From positions 37,771 to 101,770 of the forward strand of contig OZ246402.1 in the NCBI GenBank assembly GCA_965230975.1: a stretch of DNA of 64,000 nucleotides, in the 5' to 3' direction. Positions 17,617 through 28,526 of this stretch are shown here, piece by piece. The DNA comes from an uncultured Candidatus Saccharibacteria bacterium. Its GTDB lineage: Bacteria > Patescibacteriota > Dojkabacteria > J137. Numbering within the stretch: position 1 is the stretch's first letter; every line of letters begins with the position of its first letter. The translations under genes were made by a program, and so were the position numbers. The notes under the pieces were generated by a model, which saw only the letters and a program-made list of their open reading frames with translations, made no database searches and was not told the origin of the DNA.

Positions 17617-19644
17617 ATGGATAACTACTTTCAAATAATAATCCTCTGCTCTATTTTGTTTACCTTATTGGTTTGTATAAACATATTTTGGTTTGTTAGC
17701 TATAAAAAGAATCTAAAACAAAAACTAAAATTAGATTTAGAAACAAACTTTAAAGCCAAGTGGCTAAATAAAAGAATGCTTTTAAAAATAATAATTAATT
17801 TATTTGGATTAATAATAGTAGGAGCACTTGGAGTAATTGGGTACACTCAAATCACACCTAAAATCATAGCTTCTACCCCAGAAACAGAAGGTGTTTGGGA
17901 AAGTTATTCTAAGCCAATCGAGGTTTATTTCAATACTCCAGTAGACACATCTAGATTATATGTAAATATTAATCCGGAAATTAAAGGTGAGTGGAAATTT
18001 GTTCCATTCTTGGGAATTAGAAGACTCTCAACATATGGTTATTTTGTACCAGAAGAATCACTTTTACCAAACAAACGTATAGTTGTTTATATAACCGGCA
18101 TTGGCAGAATTGGATTTCGATCTGAAAGTCATGAATATGGATTTGTTTTTGACTCTGTAAAATTACCGGAAATAACTTCTACAAACCCGACAAATGATTC
18201 TAAAGAGGTTGAAGTAAATACTAAAATAACTTTAAATTTAAATAAAGAACTGCAAGGAAACTCAGAGTTTAGCTTTAAAAGCATTCCCGAAGTTGAATTT
18301 GAAGTAGAATATTCAAGCTCCAAGCAAATAATTTTAACCCCTAAAACCAATCTAGAATTAAGCACTGAATATCTTATTCAGACATTTCAACAGGCAAAAG
18401 TAATAAATTTATTAAACAAGGAGACATTTGAAACTGAAAACCCAATACTAACTCACGAACTTAAATTTTCTACGAAAACTGAGCCTCTATTGCGAAGTTA
18501 TTTACCAAGAGGTAGCACTGTGAAGGTAGATACACCAATAAAACTAAAGTTTGTTACAGATATGAATAAAGAAAGTGTAGAAAGTAATTTTAGTACAGAA
18601 CCACATATCGATGGCACTATTTCATGGGACGATAGCAAAACTCTAGTCTTTACACCTAGCAATGTTTTAGATAAAGAAACAAGCTACAAAGTTATAGTTA
18701 AAAAAGGAATTAAAAACACAGCTTCTATTGAAAGTGAAAATGATATAAATTTTGAGTTCAAAACAATTGGATTTGTTAGAATACAATCCACATCTCCTCA
18801 AAATAATGAAGTTAAGGTAAGTGAATCTAGTGATATAAAAGTAACTTTCAATCAAGAGGTGGACCACCTTTCCGCTCAAAACAACTTTAGAATATCACCA
18901 GAAATATCTGGAGACTTTAGCTGGGAAGGAAACACATTAATATTTAACCCTAAAAGCAACTTAGCCTTTAATACAAACTATACAGTCAAATTAAACCCAG
19001 GAGTAAAATCTATTAGTGGATTTGATAATATAGAAGAGCTTAGCTTCTCATTTAGATCAAGAACTAATGAAGTAACTATTGCAATGCCACTGTATTATCA
19101 GCCTCAATATCCGGTATCATTCTCTTGTAATATTTATGCAGCAAGAATGGCACTTGCGTGGAAGGGCTATTCTACAACAGTATCGGGATTAATTGGTGAA
19201 GTCGGTTACGATACAAGACAAGATTCAAATGGCAGATGGCTTGGAGACCCTAATATTAATTACGTGGGCAATAGTGATGGAAGCTGGGGATACGGAGTGC
19301 ATTGGTTGCCAGTTCAAAAAATGTTTAGCAACCGAGGAATCTATACAGAACTAAAAACTGGGTGGAACGTAAGAGATTTAGCAAGATCCATAGACAATGG
19401 TAAACCAGTTGTAATTTGGAGATATAATGGGACTAGCCAAGATCGAAACCTAGAATGGGGTACATCTGGAGTTTATGCAATTAATGGTCAACATGGTGGA
19501 GTTGTTACTGGGTTTAGAGGGACTCCTGAAAATCCGACTGCAATCTATTTAAATGACCCTTGGTTTGGACTTATTTGGATGGATATTAATACATTTGATT
19601 ATTACTGGTCTAGATTGGGAAGAGTTGGATTGGTTGTGAATTAA
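17617..19644 (+). CDS. Membrane-anchored protein with SbsA-type Ig-like repeats and C39-like cysteine peptidase
   Basis: Repeated (T/S)xP..I.V.FN Ig modules; SCNIYAARMAL (Cys), GQHGGVVTG (His), LNDPW (Asp). Confidence 0.8.
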   Translation: MDNYFQIIILCSILFTLLVCINIFWFVSYKKNLKQKLKLDLETNFKAKWLNKRMLLKIIINLFGLIIVGALGVIGYTQITPKIIASTPETEGVWESYSKPIEVYFNTPVDTSRLYVNINPEIKGEWKFVPFLGIRRLSTYGYFVPEESLLPNKRIVVYITGIGRIGFRSESHEYGFVFDSVKLPEITSTNPTNDSKEVEVNTKITLNLNKELQGNSEFSFKSIPEVEFEVEYSSSKQIILTPKTNLELSTEYLIQTFQQAKVINLLNKETFETENPILTHELKFSTKTEPLLRSYLPRGSTVKVDTPIKLKFVTDMNKESVESNFSTEPHIDGTISWDDSKTLVFTPSNVLDKETSYKVIVKKGIKNTASIESENDINFEFKTIGFVRIQSTSPQNNEVKVSESSDIKVTFNQEVDHLSAQNNFRISPEISGDFSWEGNTLIFNPKSNLAFNTNYTVKLNPGVKSISGFDNIEELSFSFRSRTNEVTIAMPLYYQPQYPVSFSCNIYAARMALAWKGYSTTVSGLIGEVGYDTRQDSNGRWLGDPNINYVGNSDGSWGYGVHWLPVQKMFSNRGIYTELKTGWNVRDLARSIDNGKPVVIWRYNGTSQDRNLEWGTSGVYAINGQHGGVVTGFRGTPENPTAIYLNDPWFGLIWMDINTFDYYWSRLGRVGLVVN

Positions 19645-19717
19645 ATAGGGCCTTTAAGCTTTGTCATTTTTTTGGTTGAATGATATGCTATAAACATTAA
19701 TTAAATATAGAAAAGCT

Positions 19718-20839
19718 ATGAAAATAAAAGATATTTTGTACTTAATCGTGCTAATTGGAATATCCTTATTAGCATTAGCTTTGTTTCAACCCTACCTAAA
19801 CATAATTATAATTTCATTAGTAATTGTTCAGCTGTTCTACCCAATATACGAATTCATTTTCAAAATAAGTAAAAGCAAAGGATTCTCTACTCTTGTATCT
19901 GTGACAGTTTCTTTAGTATTGATAATTACTGTAGTTACAATGTTTACAATCTTTACTCTTGGGGAGATTAGAAATTTAACAGAAGGTAGAGATTTAGTTG
20001 CAAGTATTAGAGGTGTTGAAGCATCTATTAACGAAACAATATTTAGGTTAAATGAATTAATAAGTAGATACAATTCGGACATGCAAATATCATATTTGAA
20101 TTTGCAAGAGGTTGTTGTCCAATTCGCACAAAGTGCTAAAGATCAAATATTCCCTATTGCTCAACAAGCAGTTGCTTTAAGTGGCTCACTATTATTCAAC
20201 CTTTTCTTAATGGTTTTATGTCTAATCTACTTTTTCCCTGTTTATAAAAACATGCCCTCTTTATTTAGTAAAATTTCACCTTTAGACAAAAAATTCGATC
20301 TTCTTTTATTCCAAAAGTTTAGAGATACCGTTAAGGGTGTTGTAAAAGGTAGTTTTTTTGTTGCATTGTTGCAAGCTACTGCAGTTTTAATTCCATTACT
20401 CGCTTTAAATGTACCCGCCCCAATATTGTTATGGATTATTATGATGATTTTATCAATACTACCAATTGGATCTGGGCTTGTTTGGTTCCCTGTTGGTTTA
20501 TTTATGATTATAGATGGGTTAAGAACAGGTAATACTGGGCAAGTAATTATTGCTATAGCTTTAATAATTTACAGTGCAATTATTATTAATGTTATAGATA
20601 CAACTATAAGACCAAAAATAATGAAAGATACAGTTAATATTCACCCATTAATAACAATTTTCAGTGTTTTGGGCGGGTTAACAATATTTGGACCAATGGG
20701 CATTTTATATGGTCCAATAATAGTTGTAATGTTCTTATCTATAATGGATATTTACAATAAGCACTATTTAAATAACGAGGTAATAAAATCGGCAGATGAG
20801 ATTGGCCCTAAAGAAGGCAACAGTACTGTAAGTAAGTAA
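19718..20839 (+). CDS. AI-2E/PerM family transporter
   Basis: Multi-TM; LPIGSGLVW, DTTIRPKIM, HPLITIFSVLGGLTIFGPMGILYGP. Confidence 0.92.
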   Translation: MKIKDILYLIVLIGISLLALALFQPYLNIIIISLVIVQLFYPIYEFIFKISKSKGFSTLVSVTVSLVLIITVVTMFTIFTLGEIRNLTEGRDLVASIRGVEASINETIFRLNELISRYNSDMQISYLNLQEVVVQFAQSAKDQIFPIAQQAVALSGSLLFNLFLMVLCLIYFFPVYKNMPSLFSKISPLDKKFDLLLFQKFRDTVKGVVKGSFFVALLQATAVLIPLLALNVPAPILLWIIMMILSILPIGSGLVWFPVGLFMIIDGLRTGNTGQVIIAIALIIYSAIIINVIDTTIRPKIMKDTVNIHPLITIFSVLGGLTIFGPMGILYGPIIVVMFLSIMDIYNKHYLNNEVIKSADEIGPKEGNSTVSK

Positions 20840-20866
20840 GCTTAAAACCTCTTAATTAAGTTGTGT

Positions 20867-21835
20867 TTATTCTTCAAATAAATGCTTAAGCAGGTGTTTG
20901 CTGTATACCAAAGAACATATTCGAATAAACATTAAATGGAAATTAATACCCTGAAGAATAGCTACATTTTTATAACACGGTAGTAAACTTTCAAATTCAG
21001 GTATATCTTTATCCTCTTTTATATCATTCAATACATCCATGAATACAAATGGATTGAAGAAGACTCGGTTAATCAAATTTGCAGATGAGGGATTTAGAAT
21101 AAAATTATAGACTTGTCTTGAAAGATCCAAGATATGCTTATCTGAAATAGTAGTTAAACCTCCATATACAAACCGCTCTTCACCTCTTGTTGGAGATTCG
21201 ATAAAGTTTATACAATTTAGAAATAAAGATAATCTTAGGTATTGATTAATCAGTTCTCTAAATCTATCTATCTTCTGAGTCTCAACACTATCCAAATCTA
21301 AATAAATATCAACCTCGTTATTATCAACAGCATTAATTAATTCGACAACAACACTGCTGAGCCTTGCCGAAATAAATCTTAAGACCTCTATATCAAATTC
21401 ATTACCAGTTTCAATAGACTCTTTAAACTCTTCAATTAATTGAATTACACTCTCAGGATTTTGGTAAATGGCCTTTGCAAGTACTCTTTTTGTAGTTAAT
21501 CTATTAAAATTATGTTCATTATTTATTTGTATAAGATTTTCACTTAAAGATGCATATATTCCTTCGTATTTATTAAAGAAATCTAGTAATTTAGCATAAC
21601 TCTGGGCTATTCTGTCTGTAATTAAAAAATAGTACAGCGAATACACCTTTTGTTGATCAAGCGCTTTAAATATAGACTGGTAGTGCAAAAATGTTCCTAT
21701 AAGTTCTTTCAGTTCGGCACCTATAGTTTCATTCGCTAATAAGAATGAATTTAATTGCACGGCTGTAAAGTGATATAGACTATTAATATCTGGTGCCTGA
21801 GGCATTAACTGCATAAACGTACTTGAGTTCAACAT
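20867..21835 (-). CDS. Hypothetical helical protein
   Basis: 322-aa ORF; no motif recognised. Confidence 0.7.
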   Translation of the reverse strand: MLNSSTFMQLMPQAPDINSLYHFTAVQLNSFLLANETIGAELKELIGTFLHYQSIFKALDQQKVYSLYYFLITDRIAQSYAKLLDFFNKYEGIYASLSENLIQINNEHNFNRLTTKRVLAKAIYQNPESVIQLIEEFKESIETGNEFDIEVLRFISARLSSVVVELINAVDNNEVDIYLDLDSVETQKIDRFRELINQYLRLSLFLNCINFIESPTRGEERFVYGGLTTISDKHILDLSRQVYNFILNPSSANLINRVFFNPFVFMDVLNDIKEDKDIPEFESLLPCYKNVAILQGINFHLMFIRICSLVYSKHLLKHLFEE

Positions 21836-21873
21836 TTTATTTCCAATAAATGCGGAATTTTAGCATTGATTGG

Positions 21874-22518
21874 CTATATTGTCTGTGTAGTTGGTAAAAT
21901 TTTTCTATAAAACCTCCAGACAAATAAATACGCTGTTGCCATAGCAAAATGCCAAATAATATGACCATTTACAAAAATAAGTTGTTCTGAGCAAAAGATT
22001 TGAAAATAGTCTGCAAGCCAAAAAAGAAATCCAACTAATAAAATACCCAATATTAAAAACAGCTCTAATTTCTTATCTTTGACATTAACGCGTAGCGAAA
22101 GGGTTAAAACAGATAACACTAAAGTCAACCCAAAAACTATAATATTTAATAAGAAGTTTGGCGAAAATGTTACTAATACGCAAATTAAATAAATAACTAT
22201 AAAAAATAGGAGAGAATGTTTTTTTATAAAATCAAATTTTGATTCAATATTTAAAGTAATTAGCCACAAAGTGATTAAATACATACTAGAAAAATCAAGT
22301 ATCTGACCTAATATTGTGGCCGAATAATGCAGGGCAATAGTAAAAAGCCCAATCAAAGTGATAATTATACTAAAGTAAATATCTATTCTTGTTTTACGCT
22401 TAAAGAAAATGTATAAACCAATAACAAAAAAGAAAATCGCTGAGATAGCGTTATAGTATTCATGGCCATTAAGGTAGTACTCACAAAACTTTAATGTAGA
22501 TTCGCTCAAGAGATCCAT
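21874..22518 (-). CDS. CREST-superfamily (alkaline ceramidase-like) membrane hydrolase
   Basis: FCE..EYYNAISA, TIALH, GQILD, HIIWH metal-ligand pattern; about 7 TMs. Confidence 0.75.
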   Translation of the reverse strand: MDLLSESTLKFCEYYLNGHEYYNAISAIFFFVIGLYIFFKRKTRIDIYFSIIITLIGLFTIALHYSATILGQILDFSSMYLITLWLITLNIESKFDFIKKHSLLFFIVIYLICVLVTFSPNFLLNIIVFGLTLVLSVLTLSLRVNVKDKKLELFLILGILLVGFLFWLADYFQIFCSEQLIFVNGHIIWHFAMATAYLFVWRFYRKILPTTQTI

Positions 22519-23438
22519 TAGTTAGCTAAAAACAAATAATTCTTAGCATTATCTCTCTTTTTACCTTCAAGCTGCACCTCTAAAAGTTCTAGTGTTCCAC
22601 TGGATAGTTCTAGCAGAAGAGACTTTCCATCTCTTCTTATTTGTAAATTGTTTGACGAGTTAACATTTTTAGAATGAATCTTTGCTTTGTAAATCTTAAG
22701 CATTTTACCTTCAATCATTACATAAGCAATCGGCCATGGGTAAAATGCTCTTATCATTCTTTCTGCTAAAGTTATATCTGTTTCAAAAGTTATCTCTGCC
22801 TTCTCTTTTTCAATATCTGTTTTATAGCAGTAAGTAACCTTTGAGTGATCTTGAGGTGTTGGATGTAATTCTGAGCTTAAATATTTTGGCAATTCATTTT
22901 GAAGCATTACAACCCCTAATTCGGCCAAATTTTGCATAAGGCTTTGAGTTGTTTCTGTGCCATTTAAATCACATATGGCAATTGATACTACGTCTCCTTC
23001 ATCCATGCCCTCGCTCATTACCTGCAACGTTACACCTGTTTCGGTTAATCCCTGCAAAATTGCCATTGGCACAGGAACAGCACCCCGTAATTGTGGTAAT
23101 ATTGATCCATGAAAATTCAAAGCCTTATGCCTTGGGTATTCTATAAATTCTTTTGGCAAAATTTGGCCGTAAGATGCCACTAGAACAAGCTGGGGGCTAG
23201 TTTTGGTAAGAATATCCTGGTATTCATTTCTAAATTTGCTGGGTTTAAACCAGGTTATATTTTGATTGGTTTTTAAAGCCTCAAAGACAGCCGAACCTTT
23301 TAGTTCTTGATCTCTTCCAAATGGTTTATCTGGCTGAGTAACAATGCCCACAACTTCTAAAAAATCTGCTTCAAGTGCAGCTTTAAAAATTGGAATCGCA
23401 AAATCTCCAGAACCTATAAGCAGTGTTTTTACTTTCAT
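22518..23438 (-). CDS. fmt: Methionyl-tRNA formyltransferase
   Basis: VTQPDKPFGR, VASYGQIL, NFHGSILPQLRGAVP, MDEGD, IRAFYPWP. Confidence 0.96.
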   Translation of the reverse strand: MKVKTLLIGSGDFAIPIFKAALEADFLEVVGIVTQPDKPFGRDQELKGSAVFEALKTNQNITWFKPSKFRNEYQDILTKTSPQLVLVASYGQILPKEFIEYPRHKALNFHGSILPQLRGAVPVPMAILQGLTETGVTLQVMSEGMDEGDVVSIAICDLNGTETTQSLMQNLAELGVVMLQNELPKYLSSELHPTPQDHSKVTYCYKTDIEKEKAEITFETDITLAERMIRAFYPWPIAYVMIEGKMLKIYKAKIHSKNVNSSNNLQIRRDGKSLLLELSSGTLELLEVQLEGKKRDNAKNYLFLAN

Positions 23439-23465
23439 ACGGGAATTATATCAGTATTCTTAAAT

Positions 23466-23828
23466 TTATTTATAGAATGCAAAAACCAAATTTGTTATGT
23501 AACTTGTAATAATATAAGCCAAGAGGGACATGAAAATTGTTATTAAAATTACATACCAAACTTTTATTCCCGCATTATTTTTTGCCTTTAACCAATATTT
23601 GCCCTCATGTTTTCTTAATATGCCTATATATGAGTTTGCAAATGGAATTATTAAAGCATATCTTCTTTTTATGTTTTTATCTAAATCTATTGCCCCTTCT
23701 TTATAAATTGCGTTTTTAGCACTAAGATATTCTGTAAACCCAACTACATTAAGCATTATAATAAACAAAATAGTTAGCAAACAAAACACTGCTAAAACCA
23801 ATAGTATAAAGATTTGAAAATCGTACAT
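23466..23828 (-). CDS. Small membrane protein, hypothetical
   Basis: 120 aa with two hydrophobic segments. Confidence 0.65.
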   Translation of the reverse strand: MYDFQIFILLVLAVFCLLTILFIIMLNVVGFTEYLSAKNAIYKEGAIDLDKNIKRRYALIIPFANSYIGILRKHEGKYWLKAKNNAGIKVWYVILITIFMSLLAYIITSYITNLVFAFYK

Positions 23829-23886
23829 AAATATTATAAATAAGTAATAATTTATTCTACTTCTAATTTAGAGAGTAAGCTACTTA

Positions 23887-24765
23887 TTATGACTCCACTA
23901 CGGCCTGTGGTGGATTATAAGACAATACCTCTTTTAGCGACTTAATTGATAACTCAATTATTTTTACCATGCTTTCGATTCTATTATTTCCAGATTCTAT
24001 TTCGATATTTTGAGAAAGATTATCAAAAACAAACCTTGCCAAAAATGCTTTTAAATATACATCCCTGTATTGGGCAGGGCTTAAGAGTATTAGCATTAAC
24101 TGCTCTATTACAAAAGGTTTTGTAGATTTTATAGCTTCAAAAAATTCAATCCTATCTTTTTCGTTAATAATTAATGATCCATTAAAAAACAACTTCGAAG
24201 CAAATCTAACTTTGCTAAACAAATCTCTTTGTGAGTTCTCTAAACCTCTGCCTGTTCCATTCATCCAATCATAGTATTGTGCAACAAATAAAGGTGTGAA
24301 GGTCGGTAAAGAATTATGCATTCCTGCCATTGCTTCTTGTTCTCCCGAGATGTAGTTTTGAAATTTGAATCTTGCCCTTGCTTCTTTAGTTTCATGAACG
24401 TTTTTAATACTTGGTATAACTTGAGCCATTATTTGGCTTGACCTACTTATATTTGGATGGAAATTACCTTTAATTAGTTCATCTCTGATTTCGTAAATAT
24501 ATCTTTCTATAAAATTTGGATTTACAGTTTCAAATAGCTCCGTAAGGCAATCATTAATTCTACTTGGGTCAAACCACTGTGAAAGATCCTCAACTCCATT
24601 GGGTGTCTTAAATGATTTGTAAGTATTTAAAACATGTACTTTTTCTAATTGCCAATTAGCTAATGCTACTTCTAACTGCATTGCTCTGCCATCAACGTGC
24701 TCTAAATCAAAAGTGCGTGGGGAGGAACCTCCTGTAATGTCAGGATTTAGTGTTTGTGTGGTCAT
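23887..24765 (-). CDS. Hypothetical protein
   Basis: 292-aa ORF; no motif recognised. Confidence 0.7.
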   Translation of the reverse strand: MTTQTLNPDITGGSSPRTFDLEHVDGRAMQLEVALANWQLEKVHVLNTYKSFKTPNGVEDLSQWFDPSRINDCLTELFETVNPNFIERYIYEIRDELIKGNFHPNISRSSQIMAQVIPSIKNVHETKEARARFKFQNYISGEQEAMAGMHNSLPTFTPLFVAQYYDWMNGTGRGLENSQRDLFSKVRFASKLFFNGSLIINEKDRIEFFEAIKSTKPFVIEQLMLILLSPAQYRDVYLKAFLARFVFDNLSQNIEIESGNNRIESMVKIIELSIKSLKEVLSYNPPQAVVES

Positions 24766-24889
24766 GGGAGAAAATTAACTTATTTAGATTAAAGTAAATA
24801 TTTTTTTATTGCAATAGTTGTAATCTATTACATTGCGAAAACGTTTTGCCTAAGCTAAAATTACAGAATCTATTTTTTATTTTTAAACC

Positions 24890-27859
24890 ATGTTCAACAA
24901 GCCCGAAAGCAAGCCAAATTTCTTTACGCTTGAACAATCCATTTTGGCTTGGTGGAAAGAAAATAAAATTTTAGAGCAATCAATAGAACAAAGACCACAA
25001 GACAAAGTTAGATCTTTTTACGACGGACCAATAACAGCAAATGGAGAGCCTCATACAGGCCACATGCTTACATTTGCAATGAAAGACATAATTCCAAGGT
25101 ATTGGACCATGAAAGGTTTTAGAGTTACAAGAAGTTTGGGTTGGGATTGCCAAGGAATTCCTGTTGAATACGAAGTAGAAAAAAAACTTGGCTTTAAAGA
25201 GAAAAAAGATATTGTTAAATATGGAATAGAAGCATTTAATAAACTTTGCCGAGAATCAGTTTTACAATACAAAGACAAGATTATAGAGCTTGAAGAGTTA
25301 ATGGGAAGACTAACAAATGGTGAAGAGGAATATGCAACAATGGATGCAAGCTACATTGAATCTATTTGGTGGTCTTTAAAAGAGCTTTACAACAAAGGCT
25401 TACTTTACGAAGGTTTTAAAGTAGTGCCATACTCTACCAGAGCTGGTACAACATTATCTAATGCAGAAGTTGCATTAGGTGGTTACAAAAACTTTGTAGA
25501 CCCAGCAATAACAGTTGAATTTCCATTAAAAGACGATGCAAATACAGTTTTACTAGCATGGACAACTACACCTTGGACAATGCCAGGAAATTTAGGCTTA
25601 GCTGTTGGTAAAGATATTACTTATGTTAAGGTAAGCTCAAATAATAAAACTTATATTGTTGCAAAAGATTTAGTAGAAACTATTTTTAAAGATAAAGAAC
25701 ATAGTGTTACTGAGGAGGTAAAAGCAGAAGATTTAGTAGGCAAAGAATATGTACCTCCATTTGATTTTTATGTTGGCAGAGAAAATGCACATAAAATATA
25801 TTTGGGTGACCATGTAACAGCAGATTCTGGTACCGGAATTGTTCACTTAGCACCTTATGGAGCTGAAGATAATGAGATATTTCAAAAAGTTGGAATAAAA
25901 AGTTTTGACTATTTAGATGATCAAGGTGACTTTACTTCTGATATTGCACCTTACGCAGGTTTAAATTACCGAGTTGCGAACAATAAAATAATTGAAGATT
26001 TAACAGCAAGTAATAGGTTATTTAGAAAAGAGGATTACGAGCACGAGATGCCAATGTGTTGGAGAACAAACACTCCATTAATCTATAAACCTATTACCTC
26101 TTGGTACATAGCAATGAGTACTTTAAGAGGAGACCTAGTTGCAAACAATAACAACATTAACTGGACGCCTGCTCATGTAAAAGAAGGAAGATTTGGAAAC
26201 TGGCTTGCAGAAATCAAAGATTGGGGAATTTCTAGATTAAGATATTGGGGAACACCATTACCAATTTGGAAGTCAGAAAGTGGCAAAACAATGCTAATAG
26301 GTTCTTTTGAAGAGCTTGAAAAGCTATCTGGTGTAAGGTTAACAGACCCACATAGACCTTTTGTAGACGATGTAACTTTTACTTTTGAAGGTGAAACATA
26401 TAAAAGAATTCCAGATGTGTTAGACGTTTGGTACGATTCTGGAGCAATGCCTTTTGCAAGATTCCATTATCCATTTGAAAACAAAGATAAATTCGAAAAA
26501 AAGTTCCCTGCACAATACATTGCAGAAAGTGTAGACCAAACAAGAGGTTGGTTCTACTCTCTTTTAGCAGTTTCTACTGCCCTATTCAACAAAGAGGCTT
26601 TTCAAAATGTTGTAATGAGTGGATTTACATTAGACGATAAAGGTGTAAAACAAAGTAAAAGCAAAAAGAACTATACTGACCCTAAACCAACAGTAGAAAA
26701 ATATGGTGCAGACACAATCAGGTTAAACTTTTTTGCCACACCAATTTCTGCGGGTGAAGATACAACAATTAGTGAAAATACATTAAAGATTCATGCACAA
26801 GAATACATGCTACCTATTTGGAACATTTATTCTTACTTGGTAACCTATGCAAACATTCATGGTTGGATTCCTAGAAAAGAATTAGCTAAGAATACTAGAG
26901 AAAACGATAACGGGATTGAATGGAACCATATTCCATGGTCAGATTTAGACAATGAATTAGACGCTTGGATAGTTTTAAGATTACAAGAAACAATCAAGCA
27001 AGTTACAGAGGCATTAGATGATTATCAAATTCCAAGAGCAACAAGAACAATAAAAGAATTAATAGAAGACATTTCAAAATGGTACATAAGAAGGTCTAGA
27101 GACCGATTTGCAGATGGAGATCAAATGGCATTAGAGGTTCTTTACTATGTATTTATAGAAACACTAAAGCTATTAGCTCCGTTCGCTCCATTTATTACTG
27201 AACACCTTTACAAAGAATTGGTTGTCCAGCATATAGAAGAAGAAAAAGAATCTATTCACTTAGTAGATTTCCCAACCTCAGACCAAAAGTTCTTAGACCA
27301 ATACACTCATTTAAATAATGAGATGCAATTTGTAAGAAAAATATGCGACCTTGGACAAACATTAAGATCTGAAAACGGCTTAAAAGTTAGACAACCATTA
27401 TCTTTACTTGAAATAGTAAATCAAAACACAGACGTTCCTATGGTTACTGAGTGGATGCAACAAATGATTCAAGGCGAACTTAACATACAAGAAGTTGTAG
27501 ACGTTCCAAACTTTACAAAAAAAGAAGCACCTGTTACAACAGAAGATACTTCTATAAAAGTAAAAATAAGCTTAGAAACAAAACTATCAGAAGAACTACT
27601 AGAAATTGGAATATTAAGAGAATTTACAAGACACATTCAGGCACTACGTAAAAACTCAGGCTTTGAACAAGGAGAGAAAGTAAATGTAACCTTAGACCTT
27701 GAAGATAATAACCTATCTGAAATTTTAAACAAAAATTTAACAGTACTTTCAAATAGCGTAAACGCCAGCAATATTGCTTTACAAAAAATTGACCAATCAG
27801 AAGTGAAAGAAGTTAGTGTTAATGATAGTATAGTAAAGATAAAAGTAGAAAAAGCCTAA
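24890..27859 (+). CDS. ileS: Isoleucyl-tRNA synthetase (type 2-like)
   Basis: FYDGPITANGEPHTGH, GWDCQGIPVE, WTTTPWT, GTGIVHLAP, DWGISRLRYWGTP, DQTRGWFY, KQSKS. Confidence 0.97.
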   Translation: MFNKPESKPNFFTLEQSILAWWKENKILEQSIEQRPQDKVRSFYDGPITANGEPHTGHMLTFAMKDIIPRYWTMKGFRVTRSLGWDCQGIPVEYEVEKKLGFKEKKDIVKYGIEAFNKLCRESVLQYKDKIIELEELMGRLTNGEEEYATMDASYIESIWWSLKELYNKGLLYEGFKVVPYSTRAGTTLSNAEVALGGYKNFVDPAITVEFPLKDDANTVLLAWTTTPWTMPGNLGLAVGKDITYVKVSSNNKTYIVAKDLVETIFKDKEHSVTEEVKAEDLVGKEYVPPFDFYVGRENAHKIYLGDHVTADSGTGIVHLAPYGAEDNEIFQKVGIKSFDYLDDQGDFTSDIAPYAGLNYRVANNKIIEDLTASNRLFRKEDYEHEMPMCWRTNTPLIYKPITSWYIAMSTLRGDLVANNNNINWTPAHVKEGRFGNWLAEIKDWGISRLRYWGTPLPIWKSESGKTMLIGSFEELEKLSGVRLTDPHRPFVDDVTFTFEGETYKRIPDVLDVWYDSGAMPFARFHYPFENKDKFEKKFPAQYIAESVDQTRGWFYSLLAVSTALFNKEAFQNVVMSGFTLDDKGVKQSKSKKNYTDPKPTVEKYGADTIRLNFFATPISAGEDTTISENTLKIHAQEYMLPIWNIYSYLVTYANIHGWIPRKELAKNTRENDNGIEWNHIPWSDLDNELDAWIVLRLQETIKQVTEALDDYQIPRATRTIKELIEDISKWYIRRSRDRFADGDQMALEVLYYVFIETLKLLAPFAPFITEHLYKELVVQHIEEEKESIHLVDFPTSDQKFLDQYTHLNNEMQFVRKICDLGQTLRSENGLKVRQPLSLLEIVNQNTDVPMVTEWMQQMIQGELNIQEVVDVPNFTKKEAPVTTEDTSIKVKISLETKLSEELLEIGILREFTRHIQALRKNSGFEQGEKVNVTLDLEDNNLSEILNKNLTVLSNSVNASNIALQKIDQSEVKEVSVNDSIVKIKVEKA

Positions 27860-27864
27860 TTTCA

Positions 27865-28470
27865 ATGGAAGAGTCAAAACAAATAGTAAAGTCTAACTTG
27901 TTAGAACTATTGCAATCTGTAGTTATAGCTATAGCAATATGTGTGTTTATTTACCTCTTTATAGCTACACCTAACCAAATTGATGGGCAATCAATGGAGC
28001 CAACATTTATGCATTCTCAAATTGTTTTAACAAGCAAAGTGCATCAATGGCTAGGCTCTACAGAACTGGGTAAAACTATTGGGTTAAATTATCAAAGAGG
28101 TGACGTAGTTGTGTTTCAAAAACCTGGGTTAAACGACTTTATTAAAAGAGTAATTGCTATACCCGGAGATTCGATACAAATTAAAACAGGTAAAGTTTAT
28201 GTAAACAGCAAGCAAATACAAGAACCTTATTTGCCAAATGATTTTTATACAAAAGGTGGGACATTTTTAGAAGAAAATGCAGACCCAATATATCTTAAAG
28301 AAAACGAATACTTTTTAATGGGAGATAATAGAAATAACAGCAGAGATTCAAGATATATAGATGTTGGAGTTGTTAAAAGAGATTGGATAAAAGGAAAAGT
28401 ACTAATAAGATATTGGCCACTTAATCAAATTTGGGTTGTAGAACATAAGAATTTATTAGAAACAGAATGA
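27865..28470 (+). CDS. lepB: Signal peptidase I
   Basis: GQSMEPT (Ser), FIKRVIAIPGD (Lys), MGDNRNNSRDSR. Confidence 0.96.
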   Translation: MEESKQIVKSNLLELLQSVVIAIAICVFIYLFIATPNQIDGQSMEPTFMHSQIVLTSKVHQWLGSTELGKTIGLNYQRGDVVVFQKPGLNDFIKRVIAIPGDSIQIKTGKVYVNSKQIQEPYLPNDFYTKGGTFLEENADPIYLKENEYFLMGDNRNNSRDSRYIDVGVVKRDWIKGKVLIRYWPLNQIWVVEHKNLLETE

Positions 28471-28526
28471 TAGATGGCAAATTTTAGGGTATGATATTAC
28501 ATATAATTAATCGAGCAAATTTTTAG

